This document shows, piece after piece, positions 8,688 through 17,156 of a stretch of 64,000 nucleotides of DNA. This stretch comes from a virus, in IMG/VR virus record IMGVR_UViG_3300047472_000134, positions 17,517-81,516 of that record; one strand, written 5' to 3'. Position 1 is the stretch's first letter. Every line of letters begins with the position of its first letter. The translations under genes and the position numbers were made by a program. The notes beneath the pieces were generated by a model. It made no database searches and was not told the origin of the DNA. It worked only from the letters and a program-made list of their open reading frames with translations.

Positions 8688-9580
8688 TGATCGACACTCT
8701 GCTCGACATGTTCTCCTATCAGCGCCCCTGTGGGGGAGCGACGGAGAAACTTTTCATCGCCAAGTACCTCTCGGCCTTCCAGCCGGATGAATACGAGAAC
8801 CTGGTCCTGACCGTGGGCAGCAACCCGCGGATCCTCTTCTCGAGCCACATGGACACAGTCCATCGCTTCGATGGGATCAACAACACCCTCAAGTTCGACG
8901 GCCAGTTCCTGTCACAGACCGGCTCGAACTGCCTTGGCGCCGACGACACAGCTGGCGTCTTCCTGATGCTGGAGATGATCAAGGCCGAGATCCCCGGCGT
9001 CTACGTGATCCACTTCGGTGAGGAATGTGGTGGCATCGGGTCGAAGAGCCTGGCGAAAGGTAATCCGGACTTCTTCCGGGATATCGACATCGCGATCGCC
9101 TTCGACCGCATGGGTTATGAGGACATCATCACCCACCAATGCTTTCAGCAGACAGCCTCTGACGCCTTCGCTCTATCCTTTGCGGCCGAGCTGGGCGGCA
9201 GCTTCAAGCCGAGCGACGACGGCGTCTACACGGACACGGCCGAGTATGCCCACCTCGTTCCGGAATGCACCAACATCTCGGTCGGCTACTTCAACCAGCA
9301 CAACAAGGGCGAAACGCAGGACGTCCGCTTCCTGCTGGCGCTACGCGAAGCGCTGCTCCAGGTCCGATGGGAGAACCTCGTCGTCGAGCGCGATCCGAGC
9401 GAGGTGGTGAAGAAGAAGTCGAGCTACTCCTACAAGTTCGAGAGGCGGCTTGAGGAGCGCAGCATGCGGGATCTCGTCTGGGACTACCCGGATATCGCGG
9501 CTGACGTCATCCGCGCCATGGGCATTACGGTCGAGGATTTCGTGATCGCGATCGAGGAGCAGTACGGTGTCGCAGCCTAA
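8687..9580 (+). CDS. M20/M28-clan zinc metallopeptidase-like protein
   Basis: SHMDTV, LGADD, EECGGIGS, FDR, YTD, NISVGY..H motifs. Confidence 0.85.
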   Translation: MIDTLLDMFSYQRPCGGATEKLFIAKYLSAFQPDEYENLVLTVGSNPRILFSSHMDTVHRFDGINNTLKFDGQFLSQTGSNCLGADDTAGVFLMLEMIKAEIPGVYVIHFGEECGGIGSKSLAKGNPDFFRDIDIAIAFDRMGYEDIITHQCFQQTASDAFALSFAAELGGSFKPSDDGVYTDTAEYAHLVPECTNISVGYFNQHNKGETQDVRFLLALREALLQVRWENLVVERDPSEVVKKKSSYSYKFERRLEERSMRDLVWDYPDIAADVIRAMGITVEDFVIAIEEQYGVAA

Positions 9581-9815
9581 CTTCACCGTCAGCAAGACTG
9601 GTTCATGCTGGCTCGAGGGCGTGGGGCACTGCTCCTCACGCGACCTCCCTGCCCTCCTCTCAGTCCGATATGACGCAGTCGTCGAGCTCCAATGGGAGTT
9701 CATCGACACCTGCATCATCTGGCTGACCTTCGAAAAGATCCACGTCCTCAAAAACGGGGTGCAGAACTCTGCTCCTTGGTACAACACGGATATACTTAGG
9801 AGTTACTGTCAGTGA
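9567..9815 (+). CDS. Hypothetical protein
   Basis: GTG after GAGGAG; coupled. Confidence 0.55.
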   Translation: MSQPNFTVSKTGSCWLEGVGHCSSRDLPALLSVRYDAVVELQWEFIDTCIIWLTFEKIHVLKNGVQNSAPWYNTDILRSYCQ

Positions 9816-10213
9816 ATAAATCGAACCTGACGATACTTGCCGACTACCTCGACACCCTCCCCTCCCCTCAATTCGACATGACCTACTTCGCCCGCGACGA
9901 ACACGACGAGGTGCTCACCAGACCGGTGACCCACGAATGTGCGACCGTCGCATGCGCCGTAGGTTGGGGACCAGCTGCGGGAATCCCGGTCAACGACGCC
10001 TCCTGCTGGACACAGTACAGCCGTGACGCGTTCGGCCTCGAGCCCAATCTCGACGCCTGGAACTGGTGCTTCGCTGGAGCCTGGTCTCACATCGACAACT
10101 CACCGGCCGGCGCCGCCAAGCGGATCCGCCACCTCATAGAGGTCGGTCTTCCGTGGGACGCGGAGAGGCAGCGCCATGGACTGACACCGTACATTTTTGG
10201 AGTGAAGCATTGA
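9812..10213 (+). CDS. Hypothetical protein (FDM...CATVACAVGW)
   Basis: AGGAG RBS; GTGA overlap. Confidence 0.7.
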   Translation: MNKSNLTILADYLDTLPSPQFDMTYFARDEHDEVLTRPVTHECATVACAVGWGPAAGIPVNDASCWTQYSRDAFGLEPNLDAWNWCFAGAWSHIDNSPAGAAKRIRHLIEVGLPWDAERQRHGLTPYIFGVKH

Positions 10214-10410
10214 AATACATCATCCTCGCCCGCGACGGCTGCAGCTACTGCGACATGGCCAAGGCCATGCTGCCGGATGCGATCGTCTTGAACGACTACA
10301 CGGCTCACCTGATCGTCAAGGAAGGCGGCTTCGGTACCTTCCCGCAGATCTTCCACAACGGCAAGCACATCGGAGGCTACACTGAGCTCCTCTCCTACCG
10401 ACCAGACTGA
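10210..10410 (+). CDS. Glutaredoxin
   Basis: CSYC active site; TFPQIF..GKHIGGY; TTG start. Confidence 0.85.
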   Translation: MKYIILARDGCSYCDMAKAMLPDAIVLNDYTAHLIVKEGGFGTFPQIFHNGKHIGGYTELLSYRPD

Positions 10411-10618
10411 GTACCGGCTCGGATCGAGCGCAGCTATCTATGCGCCGGGGATCGTGAACTGGGCAATTCACGGCTACTGGAACAGGCCCGACCGCCCTCA
10501 CCTCGAGAACACGATCGCCAACGGCTGGAAGATTCCCGTCGAGGCTGTCCGCGCCCTTCTGTCGAAGAAGGTGCCGTACACGATCGAGGGCGAGACGGTG
10601 GTGTTCACCCATGGCTAG
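10382..10618 (+). CDS. Hypothetical protein with CTG start (not in ORF track)
   Basis: GGAGG-5nt-CTG; 78-aa open frame fills the gap; phage codon usage. Confidence 0.6.
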   Translation: MSSSPTDQTEYRLGSSAAIYAPGIVNWAIHGYWNRPDRPHLENTIANGWKIPVEAVRALLSKKVPYTIEGETVVFTHG

Positions 10619-10853
10619 ACAGTATGTGATCACCGAGCCTGAATACCAGTCGCTCCTCGACAGGCTCGACTTGGTCAACCTGCGAATGTCGAATGTCTGC
10701 GACCCCTACCGCCACCTCGACGACGCTTGGCGCAACCTGACCGACAAGGAGAAGGAGAACTGCAAGGCAGCGATCGACAACATCCACCGTGGGTTCCACT
10801 TCGTCGTCGTGCGTTGGGCTCAGGAGATGGGCTTCGACGGGAGGCGCAAATGA
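10611..10853 (+). CDS. Hypothetical protein
   Basis: Coupled ORF. Confidence 0.7.
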   Translation: MARQYVITEPEYQSLLDRLDLVNLRMSNVCDPYRHLDDAWRNLTDKEKENCKAAIDNIHRGFHFVVVRWAQEMGFDGRRK

Positions 10854-11065
10854 AGATCGAGAGAACCTCACGCGGATTCGCGATCGTCAAGTTCACCGAT
10901 CGCTATGGCGTCGATTGCAGTCTGCAGAAAAGCAGCCTCGCATTCGAGGACGCCATCTGGCTGGGCACGTCGGATCGCATGCACCTGACCCAGGACATGG
11001 TCCGCGATTTGCTGCCCCTCCTCACTCGCTTTGCTGAGACCGGCGAGATCCATGAGGACACCTGA
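10850..11065 (+). CDS. Hypothetical protein (RGF...F.DRYG..CSLQKSSLA...IWLG)
   Basis: GGAGG RBS; motif pattern common in phage proteins. Confidence 0.75.
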   Translation: MKIERTSRGFAIVKFTDRYGVDCSLQKSSLAFEDAIWLGTSDRMHLTQDMVRDLLPLLTRFAETGEIHEDT

Positions 11066-11300
11066 CAGTGTCCGCTACAGCTTAGGCTACGATGATTGGG
11101 GCAACCACCCTGCCCTTCTCCACCCGAATGACAAACTCGCCATTGACGGCGAGATCGACAACGGGCGCTACGGCAAGACCGGCGTGCCTCGAGCTGGTGG
11201 CGAGACGATCTGCAAGTGCGGCTTCTCGTTCTACCTTCACCCGCCGGTCCAAGGCGCTCTCTACTTCACCCGAACATGCGAAGGCATCGTCAAACTATAA
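11052..11300 (+). CDS. Hypothetical protein
   Basis: Coupled ORF with CKC...H...C. Confidence 0.6.
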   Translation: MRTPDSVRYSLGYDDWGNHPALLHPNDKLAIDGEIDNGRYGKTGVPRAGGETICKCGFSFYLHPPVQGALYFTRTCEGIVKL

Positions 11301-11304
11301 ACTG

Positions 11305-11334
11305 CGTTGACGCACGTTAACGCACATCAACGCA
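11305..11334. repeat. parS-like 10-bp tandem repeats, array A
   Basis: CGTTGACGCA CGTTAACGCA CATCAACGCA. Confidence 0.7.
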
Positions 11335-11343
11335 GGAACATTA

Positions 11344-11559
11344 ATGAGCAGAAAGATTACCTCGGTCATCGGACCAGAACCGATGCGAACAGGCGAAGAT
11401 CCCGATTTCTACTCGGTCGGGCGTAACGACGTCACCAAGATCGATGAGTGGGAGCAGAATCTCGGCTCCTACGCCATCATCTGGTTTGAGGTCTACACCT
11501 CAAAAGGCCTGCTGGCGAAGATGAACGCGATGCATGTCGCCGCTGTGCGTTATGACTGA
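11344..11559 (+). CDS. Hypothetical protein
   Basis: AGGA RBS; lies between repeat arrays. Confidence 0.7.
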   Translation: MSRKITSVIGPEPMRTGEDPDFYSVGRNDVTKIDEWEQNLGSYAIIWFEVYTSKGLLAKMNAMHVAAVRYD

Positions 11560-11630
11560 CGCACGTTAACGCATGACGCATTGTGCAGCATTTTGAGGCA
11601 TGTTAACGTCCTGTAAGGCATTGACATGCA
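11554..11630. repeat. parS-like repeats, array B (parA promoter region)
   Basis: GACTGACGCA CGTTAACGCA TGACGCA, then 10-mers mostly ending in GCA; TTGACA at 11621. Confidence 0.65.
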
Positions 11631-11666
11631 CTCTGCTGCTACAACAACAACGCTTAAAGGACGCAC

Positions 11667-12341
11667 ATGCCCGTAATTACGGTAGCGAACCCCAAGGGTG
11701 GGGCAGGGAAGTCGACCACGACTCTCGTCCTCGCCTCCACCCTGGCCTCCCGCGGCGCCAGTGTCATCATCCTGGACTGTGATCCGAACCAACCCATCAC
11801 TGGATGGAGGGGAGGGGACTCAAAGAGCAAGGTCATCGTCGATGGCGACGTCAACGAGAGCAACGTCACATCGAAGCTCGACCAATACCGGAAGGAATAC
11901 CAGTTCGTGTTCGTCGATCTCGAGGGCACAGCCAGCCGGTTGATGTCGCGGGCTCTGGCTCGAGCCAACTTGGCCGTCATTCCGATCCAAGCCAGCCCGA
12001 CAGATGCAGAGCTGGCTGCGAAAGCTATTCGCCTGATCCAGGAAGAGGAGCAGGCATTCGAGAAGACGATCCCGTATCGGATCCTCTTCACCCGCACGAG
12101 CCCAGTCATCGCGACCAAGCTAGAGAAAGCCATCCTCGCCCAATTGAAGGGAGGGGAGGTGCCAACCTTCAGCAACCACCTGAATGAGCGTGCGGCTTAC
12201 AAGTCGCTCTTCTATCACCAGCTGGATCTGGACGAACTGGACTCGAATGAAGTTAATGGCCTCCCGCAGGCTAGAGAAAATGCACTGCGCCTGGCTGAAG
12301 AGCTCATCGAGCTGGTCGTGCAGAAGAAAGAAGCAGCATGA
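11667..12341 (+). CDS. parA: Type Ib partition ATPase ParA
   Basis: Deviant Walker [20 protein letters not shown]; no N-terminal HTH. Confidence 0.93.
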   Translation: MPVITVANPKGGAGKSTTTLVLASTLASRGASVIILDCDPNQPITGWRGGDSKSKVIVDGDVNESNVTSKLDQYRKEYQFVFVDLEGTASRLMSRALARANLAVIPIQASPTDAELAAKAIRLIQEEEQAFEKTIPYRILFTRTSPVIATKLEKAILAQLKGGEVPTFSNHLNERAAYKSLFYHQLDLDELDSNEVNGLPQARENALRLAEELIELVVQKKEAA

Positions 12342-12625
12342 CCGGCAAGAACCTTGGCTTCGGCCGTCTCGCAGAAATCAAGCCAGAGGCCGATGAGCCG
12401 GCGCCGATCCCTGACCGGAAGGTCGACGAAGTGGCCGAGAAGCATGGTTTCGTCAGCCGCGAGCCGGTCCAGAAAATTGTCCGCCGGAAAGAAGCGGAGC
12501 CTAGTGGGAACCTGAACATCCGCCCGCCGCTCTCGACCTACAATCGGTTCGTCCAGTGGGCGATCGACAACAACCTCAGCTACCCGCAGGCTCTGAAGGA
12601 GCTGATGGATAGGGCCAAAATCTGA
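12338..12625 (+). CDS. ParG-like ribbon-helix-helix centromere-binding protein
   Basis: 95 aa coupled to parA; C-terminal LNIR strand plus two helices. Confidence 0.8.
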   Translation: MTGKNLGFGRLAEIKPEADEPAPIPDRKVDEVAEKHGFVSREPVQKIVRRKEAEPSGNLNIRPPLSTYNRFVQWAIDNNLSYPQALKELMDRAKI

Positions 12626-13506
12626 TGCCTCAAGAGTTTCAATCTCACATCACCTTCAGATGCCCCAAGTGTCGTGAAGTCTCGTCTGGTCCCGTGACCA
12701 TCCCAGAACCGGACTGGTCGGCCGCAGAGGAAATGTCAGACCTCAACTCCGAAGGCCAGATCTCTATCCAGTGCCAGTGGTGTGACACTGCTTACGATGC
12801 CTATGTCATAAACAACGCCGGTTCAGTATCAATTACGTTGATCGATTTTGAAGAGGTCGTGGTCGACGCGGACCATGCCTTTTACTCTTTCGATGAGGAC
12901 TGGCCTGAACCTGAACTACCAACTGACCCTGCGGATATTTTCGAGGACCTTCAGTCGGAAGTTACTCATTGGCTGAAGCAGCATGGCAATGGCGACGGAG
13001 GTGCTTTGATCAACCGAATGCTCTTTGCCTCGCTATTCAGTGGCCTCGAGTCATTCCTCAGCGATACTTTGATCAAAGCCGTCACAGAGCGTCCCGAGGC
13101 TCTCGCCAATCTGCTTGAGCACGACAAAGACATCCTGACCGAGAAATTCACACTCCTTGAGATATCTAAACACCCCAACCTAGTGGTTGACACAGTAACA
13201 ACCCATTTGCGGGAAATTCTCTACCACAATCTACCCAAGGTGAACGCTCTCTACCGCATTGCACTAGGCATTGACTTCTTCAAAATGCTTGACAAGGAGG
13301 AGGTCAAAACGCTCAACAACGCGGTCCAGCTTCGCCATCACTGCGTTCACCGCAATGGCAAAGACATCGACGGAAATCGCCTTGATGTTTTCACGCCAGA
13401 ATATGTCTCATCGATCCTCGATCTCACAACTTGGCTGGTCAGAAAACTAGATGCTGCAGTGAGCGGGAAGCGACTCATTATAGACGATGACGACCTCCCC
13501 TTTTGA
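12625..13506 (+). CDS. Zn-ribbon plus HEPN-domain protein
   Basis: CPKC/CQWC; LESFL helix; Rx4H motif RHHCVH(RNG); lower GC. Confidence 0.75.
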   Translation: MPQEFQSHITFRCPKCREVSSGPVTIPEPDWSAAEEMSDLNSEGQISIQCQWCDTAYDAYVINNAGSVSITLIDFEEVVVDADHAFYSFDEDWPEPELPTDPADIFEDLQSEVTHWLKQHGNGDGGALINRMLFASLFSGLESFLSDTLIKAVTERPEALANLLEHDKDILTEKFTLLEISKHPNLVVDTVTTHLREILYHNLPKVNALYRIALGIDFFKMLDKEEVKTLNNAVQLRHHCVHRNGKDIDGNRLDVFTPEYVSSILDLTTWLVRKLDAAVSGKRLIIDDDDLPF

Positions 13507-13527
13507 CGCATCTGCGTTAACGCACGT
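13501..13527. repeat. parS-like repeats, array C
   Basis: TTTTGACGCA-TCTG-CGTTAACGCA-CGT. Confidence 0.65.
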
Positions 13528-13536
13528 CATTCAATC

Positions 13537-13568
13537 AAAGCCTCGGCCCCGCCGGGGCTTTTTCTTTT
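13537..13568 (+). terminator. Intrinsic terminator
   Basis: AAAGCCTCGGC-CCC-GCCGGGGCTTT plus T tract. Confidence 0.8.
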
Positions 13569-13578
13569 GGAGAACACA

Positions 13579-14010
13579 ATGCTGCTCAGCCATAGCCAAG
13601 CCCGAGCAATCGCGGAAGCGACCTGGGGGAGGGGAGGGACGCACTCCTACGGCACCAACACAGCCGGCGCGTTCTACTTCTCCTGCTCCGGACATGGTGG
13701 CTTCGTCATCAGCCTCGACTCCTTGACCAATGAGGAGCTCGTCGAGATCAGCCCCTATATCAATATCGAGGAGGGAACGCTGTATCGATGGGGCCGGCGA
13801 ACCCGCTTCATGCATCCTTACCGAACGTCGGGCTTCAAGATCTCGTTCGACGCGACGATCGACAAGGTCAAGTTCTTCCTGCTCGAGGAGGACTGCGACT
13901 GGGCGCTGGCCTACGTCTTCACCGGAATCCGACACAAGACCGACCCGGTCACACCGATCCGGGCGCAAGAATCATTCGAGAGGTACCATGTCAAAGAACA
14001 ACGAGCCTAG
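13579..14010 (+). CDS. DUF7007-like hypothetical protein
   Basis: SGHGGF and EEDCDWA motifs; GGAG RBS. Confidence 0.7.
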   Translation: MLLSHSQARAIAEATWGRGGTHSYGTNTAGAFYFSCSGHGGFVISLDSLTNEELVEISPYINIEEGTLYRWGRRTRFMHPYRTSGFKISFDATIDKVKFFLLEEDCDWALAYVFTGIRHKTDPVTPIRAQESFERYHVKEQRA

Positions 14011-14551
14011 CGCCTGGCTGCACCCAGAAGCAGGGTGGGCGCACGCCAACTACGACGAGATCCGCAAGCATTGCCTGAACGACGGCCCTCTTCCAATTCC
14101 GCTCTATACCCACCCATCGCCCACTCATAATGTGAGCGGGCTGAGCGAAATATTAGCGCTTAACGACGCACTGATCTGGCTTCTCTGGATTTACCAAAAG
14201 AATGAGTTTGCGACCAGGCGGGAAATAGTAGAGGTCGCCTCCGGTCCTCAGGCTGGTTTGTCTGAGTTCGCCGCTGAACTCGTAGGCGACGTCGATGACG
14301 ACGTCGTCTCCACCGCCATGGCGAGATTTAAGTACCTCTGCTTGCGCCTCTGCCCAGAGTTGGGCTCTTTTCGAATAGCGGAATCCGTCGAGGATCAAGA
14401 GACCGATGATCCCCATCACAATGAGCCAGTGGACACCCCAGATCACCTCGCTACTCATTTGTCCATTGTGACATGCCTTCTTGGGGTGAGCAATCGCCCG
14501 CCCGTTGCCGCTCGGGCCCACCCCGCGCCCGTAACGAGGGAGGCCGAATGA
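13988..14551 (+). CDS. Small phage protein extended by an in-frame insertion
   Basis: GAGG RBS; PLYTHP...HPAP; frame stays open across the antisense moron. Confidence 0.5.
   Translation: MSKNNEPSAWLHPEAGWAHANYDEIRKHCLNDGPLPIPLYTHPSPTHNVSGLSEILALNDALIWLLWIYQKNEFATRREIVEVASGPQAGLSEFAAELVGDVDDDVVSTAMARFKYLCLRLCPELGSFRIAESVEDQETDDPHHNEPVDTPDHLATHLSIVTCLLGVSNRPPVAARAHPAPVTREAE
14153..14458 (-). CDS. DUF3592-like membrane protein, moron
   Basis: N-terminal TM; ...G.KL.LLVNPEKP C-terminus; hairpin downstream at 14119-14141. Confidence 0.7.
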   Translation of the reverse strand: MSSEVIWGVHWLIVMGIIGLLILDGFRYSKRAQLWAEAQAEVLKSRHGGGDDVVIDVAYEFSGELRQTSLRTGGDLYYFPPGRKLILLVNPEKPDQCVVKR

Positions 14552-14901
14552 CCAACGTCTACTCAATCGACGTCAAAGTCTGGGCGACCGCCTACATCAA
14601 AGCCGAAACGCCAGAAGCTGCGGCCGAGATCGTTCGCAAGCTGCGGCGCGAGTGCCTGCAGATGCCGGAAGACAACTATGATGTTGGCGACGACCGCGTT
14701 CCCGTCTGCGAGATGCGGTTCGATCATTCGGACTTTCCGGAACTGAGCCTAGCCACCAACATGACCGTCGACGCGACGTTCATCGACAATATCAAGGCCA
14801 ATGAGCTAGAATTGGTCCACGAATCTGTTTTGAGGGCCGAAGCAGACGCACCGAGCTGCCAGCAGGTGCATCGGGAGGATGGTTCTCCCGACCAGGCGTA
14901 G
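14548..14901 (+). CDS. Hypothetical protein
   Basis: GGAGG RBS; ATGA overlap. Confidence 0.7.
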   Translation: MTNVYSIDVKVWATAYIKAETPEAAAEIVRKLRRECLQMPEDNYDVGDDRVPVCEMRFDHSDFPELSLATNMTVDATFIDNIKANELELVHESVLRAEADAPSCQQVHREDGSPDQA

Positions 14902-14913
14902 CCTGGCCCTCGA
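14830..14913 (+). ncRNA. Candidate structured leader RNA (four-way junction)
   Basis: TTGAGGG/CCCTCGA enclosing GCACC/GGTGC, TCGGGAG/CTCCCGA and CCAGGC/GCCTGG hairpins. Confidence 0.5.
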
Positions 14914-14928
14914 ACTGGAGTCGACGCT

Positions 14929-15018
14929 ATGTGGTTCTTTCCACTCAGCATCACTCTTACGATACGAAAAACCCGCACAGGCTGGCAGGCTAGTGTGCGG
15001 GTCATCTTCGTAACATAA
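14929..15018 (+). CDS. 29-aa peptide MWFFPLSITLTIRKTRTGWQASVRVIFVT
   Basis: GGAG RBS; followed by a 15-bp hairpin at 15019-15054. Confidence 0.55.
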   Translation: MWFFPLSITLTIRKTRTGWQASVRVIFVT

Positions 15019-15088
15019 GAGCGGGGGGCAGGATTTCGGTCCTGTCCCTTGCTCCAGCAATATATCCCCCAAATCACCGAGATACAAG

Positions 15089-15325
15089 ATGACCCTGATC
15101 GAACGCTTGAAAAAGCGAGCGGCGGAAGACGCTGTCTGCGCCGCAAACAACGAGGCAGTCGCCTCGGCTCTTGATGGCCAGATGGCTTTATTCGAAGCCG
15201 GCAAGGGCGAGCACAACATCTACGCCGTCCGAATGGCCGTTGACCACCGCAATTGTGCAAAGCGCGATCGGCAATGGAGTGCCGATCTGCTCGAGGCTAT
15301 CGAGATGCTGGGGGCGAAGGCATGA
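15089..15325 (+). CDS. Hypothetical protein
   Basis: ORF with coupled downstream gene. Confidence 0.65.
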   Translation: MTLIERLKKRAAEDAVCAANNEAVASALDGQMALFEAGKGEHNIYAVRMAVDHRNCAKRDRQWSADLLEAIEMLGAKA

Positions 15326-15519
15326 CAGTCTGCCCACGCTGCGACGACACAGGCCAGGCTGACAGCGGCGGTTCGACGCCTTGGGGTGAGTGGATCACAA
15401 TCCCCTGCGACTGCAAATCACAGCCCGAATGCTTCGACTGCATCGGAATGCTGTTCCCGACAGGGCTTTGCTACTGCGATGCCCAAGGCGTACCGAGGGG
15501 AGGACCAGACAATGGGTGA
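15322..15519 (+). CDS. Small Cys-rich protein
   Basis: CPRC, CDC, CFDC, CYC; ATGA overlap. Confidence 0.6.
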   Translation: MTVCPRCDDTGQADSGGSTPWGEWITIPCDCKSQPECFDCIGMLFPTGLCYCDAQGVPRGGPDNG

Positions 15520-15772
15520 ATATGCCGACGCGATGATCGACCGCATGATCTTCGGCGTGGCTCACGACCACCGCCGCAGCCGTCGCCGGCCGACCTACCA
15601 GTCAGGGACCGGCGACTTCATGTGGCGATCGGGTGAGGGCCTGATCAACATGTACGACATGACGCCTGAGCATCGCGAGAACGCGATGGAAGTCTGCCGA
15701 CGCAAGGGCAATTCCGGAAAACTCAAACAGCTGCAGCAGGTGCAGGCAGAAATGGCGAAGGTGAAACGATGA
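15512..15772 (+). CDS. Hypothetical protein (MGEYAD...)
   Basis: GGAGG RBS. Confidence 0.7.
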   Translation: MGEYADAMIDRMIFGVAHDHRRSRRRPTYQSGTGDFMWRSGEGLINMYDMTPEHRENAMEVCRRKGNSGKLKQLQQVQAEMAKVKR

Positions 15773-16014
15773 CCAACTACCTCTCGCCCACAGGGGCAGA
15801 AATCATCGGTACGGCTGAAAGCGTTCCAGCTGTCGCCGTCATCTCCTCCATTGGTGCTGATGGAACCCCAGTCTATGAGGGGCGAACAGATCTCTTTTGG
15901 GACGCTCAGGTCACACACCGCCGCGACGGCAAGATCCTCTTCCTCGACTACGAGGGTGAGATGTGGACCTTCGACCAGCTCGTGCCCGAGGAACAATCGG
16001 ACGCATCCGAGTAG
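15769..16014 (+). CDS. Hypothetical protein
   Basis: AAGGTG RBS; ATGA overlap. Confidence 0.7.
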   Translation: MTNYLSPTGAEIIGTAESVPAVAVISSIGADGTPVYEGRTDLFWDAQVTHRRDGKILFLDYEGEMWTFDQLVPEEQSDASE

Positions 16015-16102
16015 ATCCTTGCTATTATAGAGGGTTAGCCACGCTGACCAGGAAGGAGGTGGTTCAACTGACCGTCCTCGACACCGAAGTAGACTTGTAG
16101 CC

Positions 16103-16130
16103 AGGCCCGCGAAAGCGGGCCTTTTTCGTT
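16103..16130 (+). terminator. Intrinsic terminator
   Basis: AGGCCCGC-GAAA-GCGGGCCT-TTTTCGTT. Confidence 0.85.
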
Positions 16131-16149
16131 GAGAGTACGACTTACTCTC
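16131..16149. promoter_or_regulatory. Palindromic operator site 4
   Basis: GAGAGTA-CGACT-TACTCTC, perfect 7-bp arms. Confidence 0.8.
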
Positions 16150-16217
16150 GCCTTTCACCAATTCTCGCCGCCGCCGAGCCGAGATACCAAAATCCCGCAA
16201 CCTGATCAGGAGATCAC

Positions 16218-17078
16218 ATGAAGAAATTCTTCCTCGCAGCCGCTTTTGCGCTGCTCGCAATTCCCGCCAATGCCGCCGCAATTCGCCTCTGCACTGGCGC
16301 CGCCGACCAGCCCTACGCCGCGGCTGGCGAACTCATCAAGGACGAAGCCAAGGGAAACGGCCTGGATGTCGAAGTCGTCAAGGATACTGGTGGTAGCTGG
16401 GGAAACGTCCAGCTCTCTCTCCAGGGTAAGTGCGATGCGATTATCGGCCAGCCTGACGCTCTCGCTTACCTCAAGCGCACCGAGCCGGCGAACGCCGCCA
16501 AGTTCCTGCCGATCGCAGACCTTCACCGTGAATATGCCGCCGCAGTCTGCGGAAAGAATTCGGGCGTTACTGACATCGGGGATCTCGAAAACGACCCGGC
16601 CAAGTATTCCATCGCTCTTGGCGAGCGTGGCTCGGGCGCCTGGTTGATCTGGCAGAACTTCATCTCTGAAGACTCCGACTATTCAGGCGTCCGAACGACA
16701 GCCGAAAGCGGCGATGATGCTCTGTCGGCGGTGGCCAACGACCAGACGACGTGTGCCTTGGTACCAGCCGCTCTCGTCAACTCTGTGATGCGCTCGGCCG
16801 ACGAGCTGTACAGCGACAACCTGATCCTCGTGGGCGTCAACGACAAGGACTTCGACGACGCTCCTGATGCCCAGGGCAAGCCACTCTACACCTACAGCAA
16901 GATCCCCTCGGGCACTTACCCGAAGCTGCAGGGCTGGTTCAGCGGCAAGGCGACAATCAGCTGGCTCGCCAAGGTCTACGTCAACAAGGACACGCTGACC
17001 GACCAGAACGTCCGAAAGGCTTTGATCCGCTCGGTCATGAAGGCCCGCCAGAACGTCGTCTCCAACTTCGGCTCCTAA
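16218..17078 (+). CDS. TAXI/TRAP-like periplasmic substrate-binding protein
   Basis: Signal peptide; TG..Y, TGGS..N, D.IIGQPD, LHREY, GSG motifs. Confidence 0.75.
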   Translation: MKKFFLAAAFALLAIPANAAAIRLCTGAADQPYAAAGELIKDEAKGNGLDVEVVKDTGGSWGNVQLSLQGKCDAIIGQPDALAYLKRTEPANAAKFLPIADLHREYAAAVCGKNSGVTDIGDLENDPAKYSIALGERGSGAWLIWQNFISEDSDYSGVRTTAESGDDALSAVANDQTTCALVPAALVNSVMRSADELYSDNLILVGVNDKDFDDAPDAQGKPLYTYSKIPSGTYPKLQGWFSGKATISWLAKVYVNKDTLTDQNVRKALIRSVMKARQNVVSNFGS

Positions 17079-17156
17079 CAACCGTCTCTGCGAAGGCTCC
17101 CCTGCGGGGGAGCTTTCATAGAGCCTGTTGGCTCACATCATGAAAGGGCAAGCGCG

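Noticed and set aside
11305-11630. CRISPR array
   Set aside because: Repeats are 10 bp, tandem, without spacers; no cas genes
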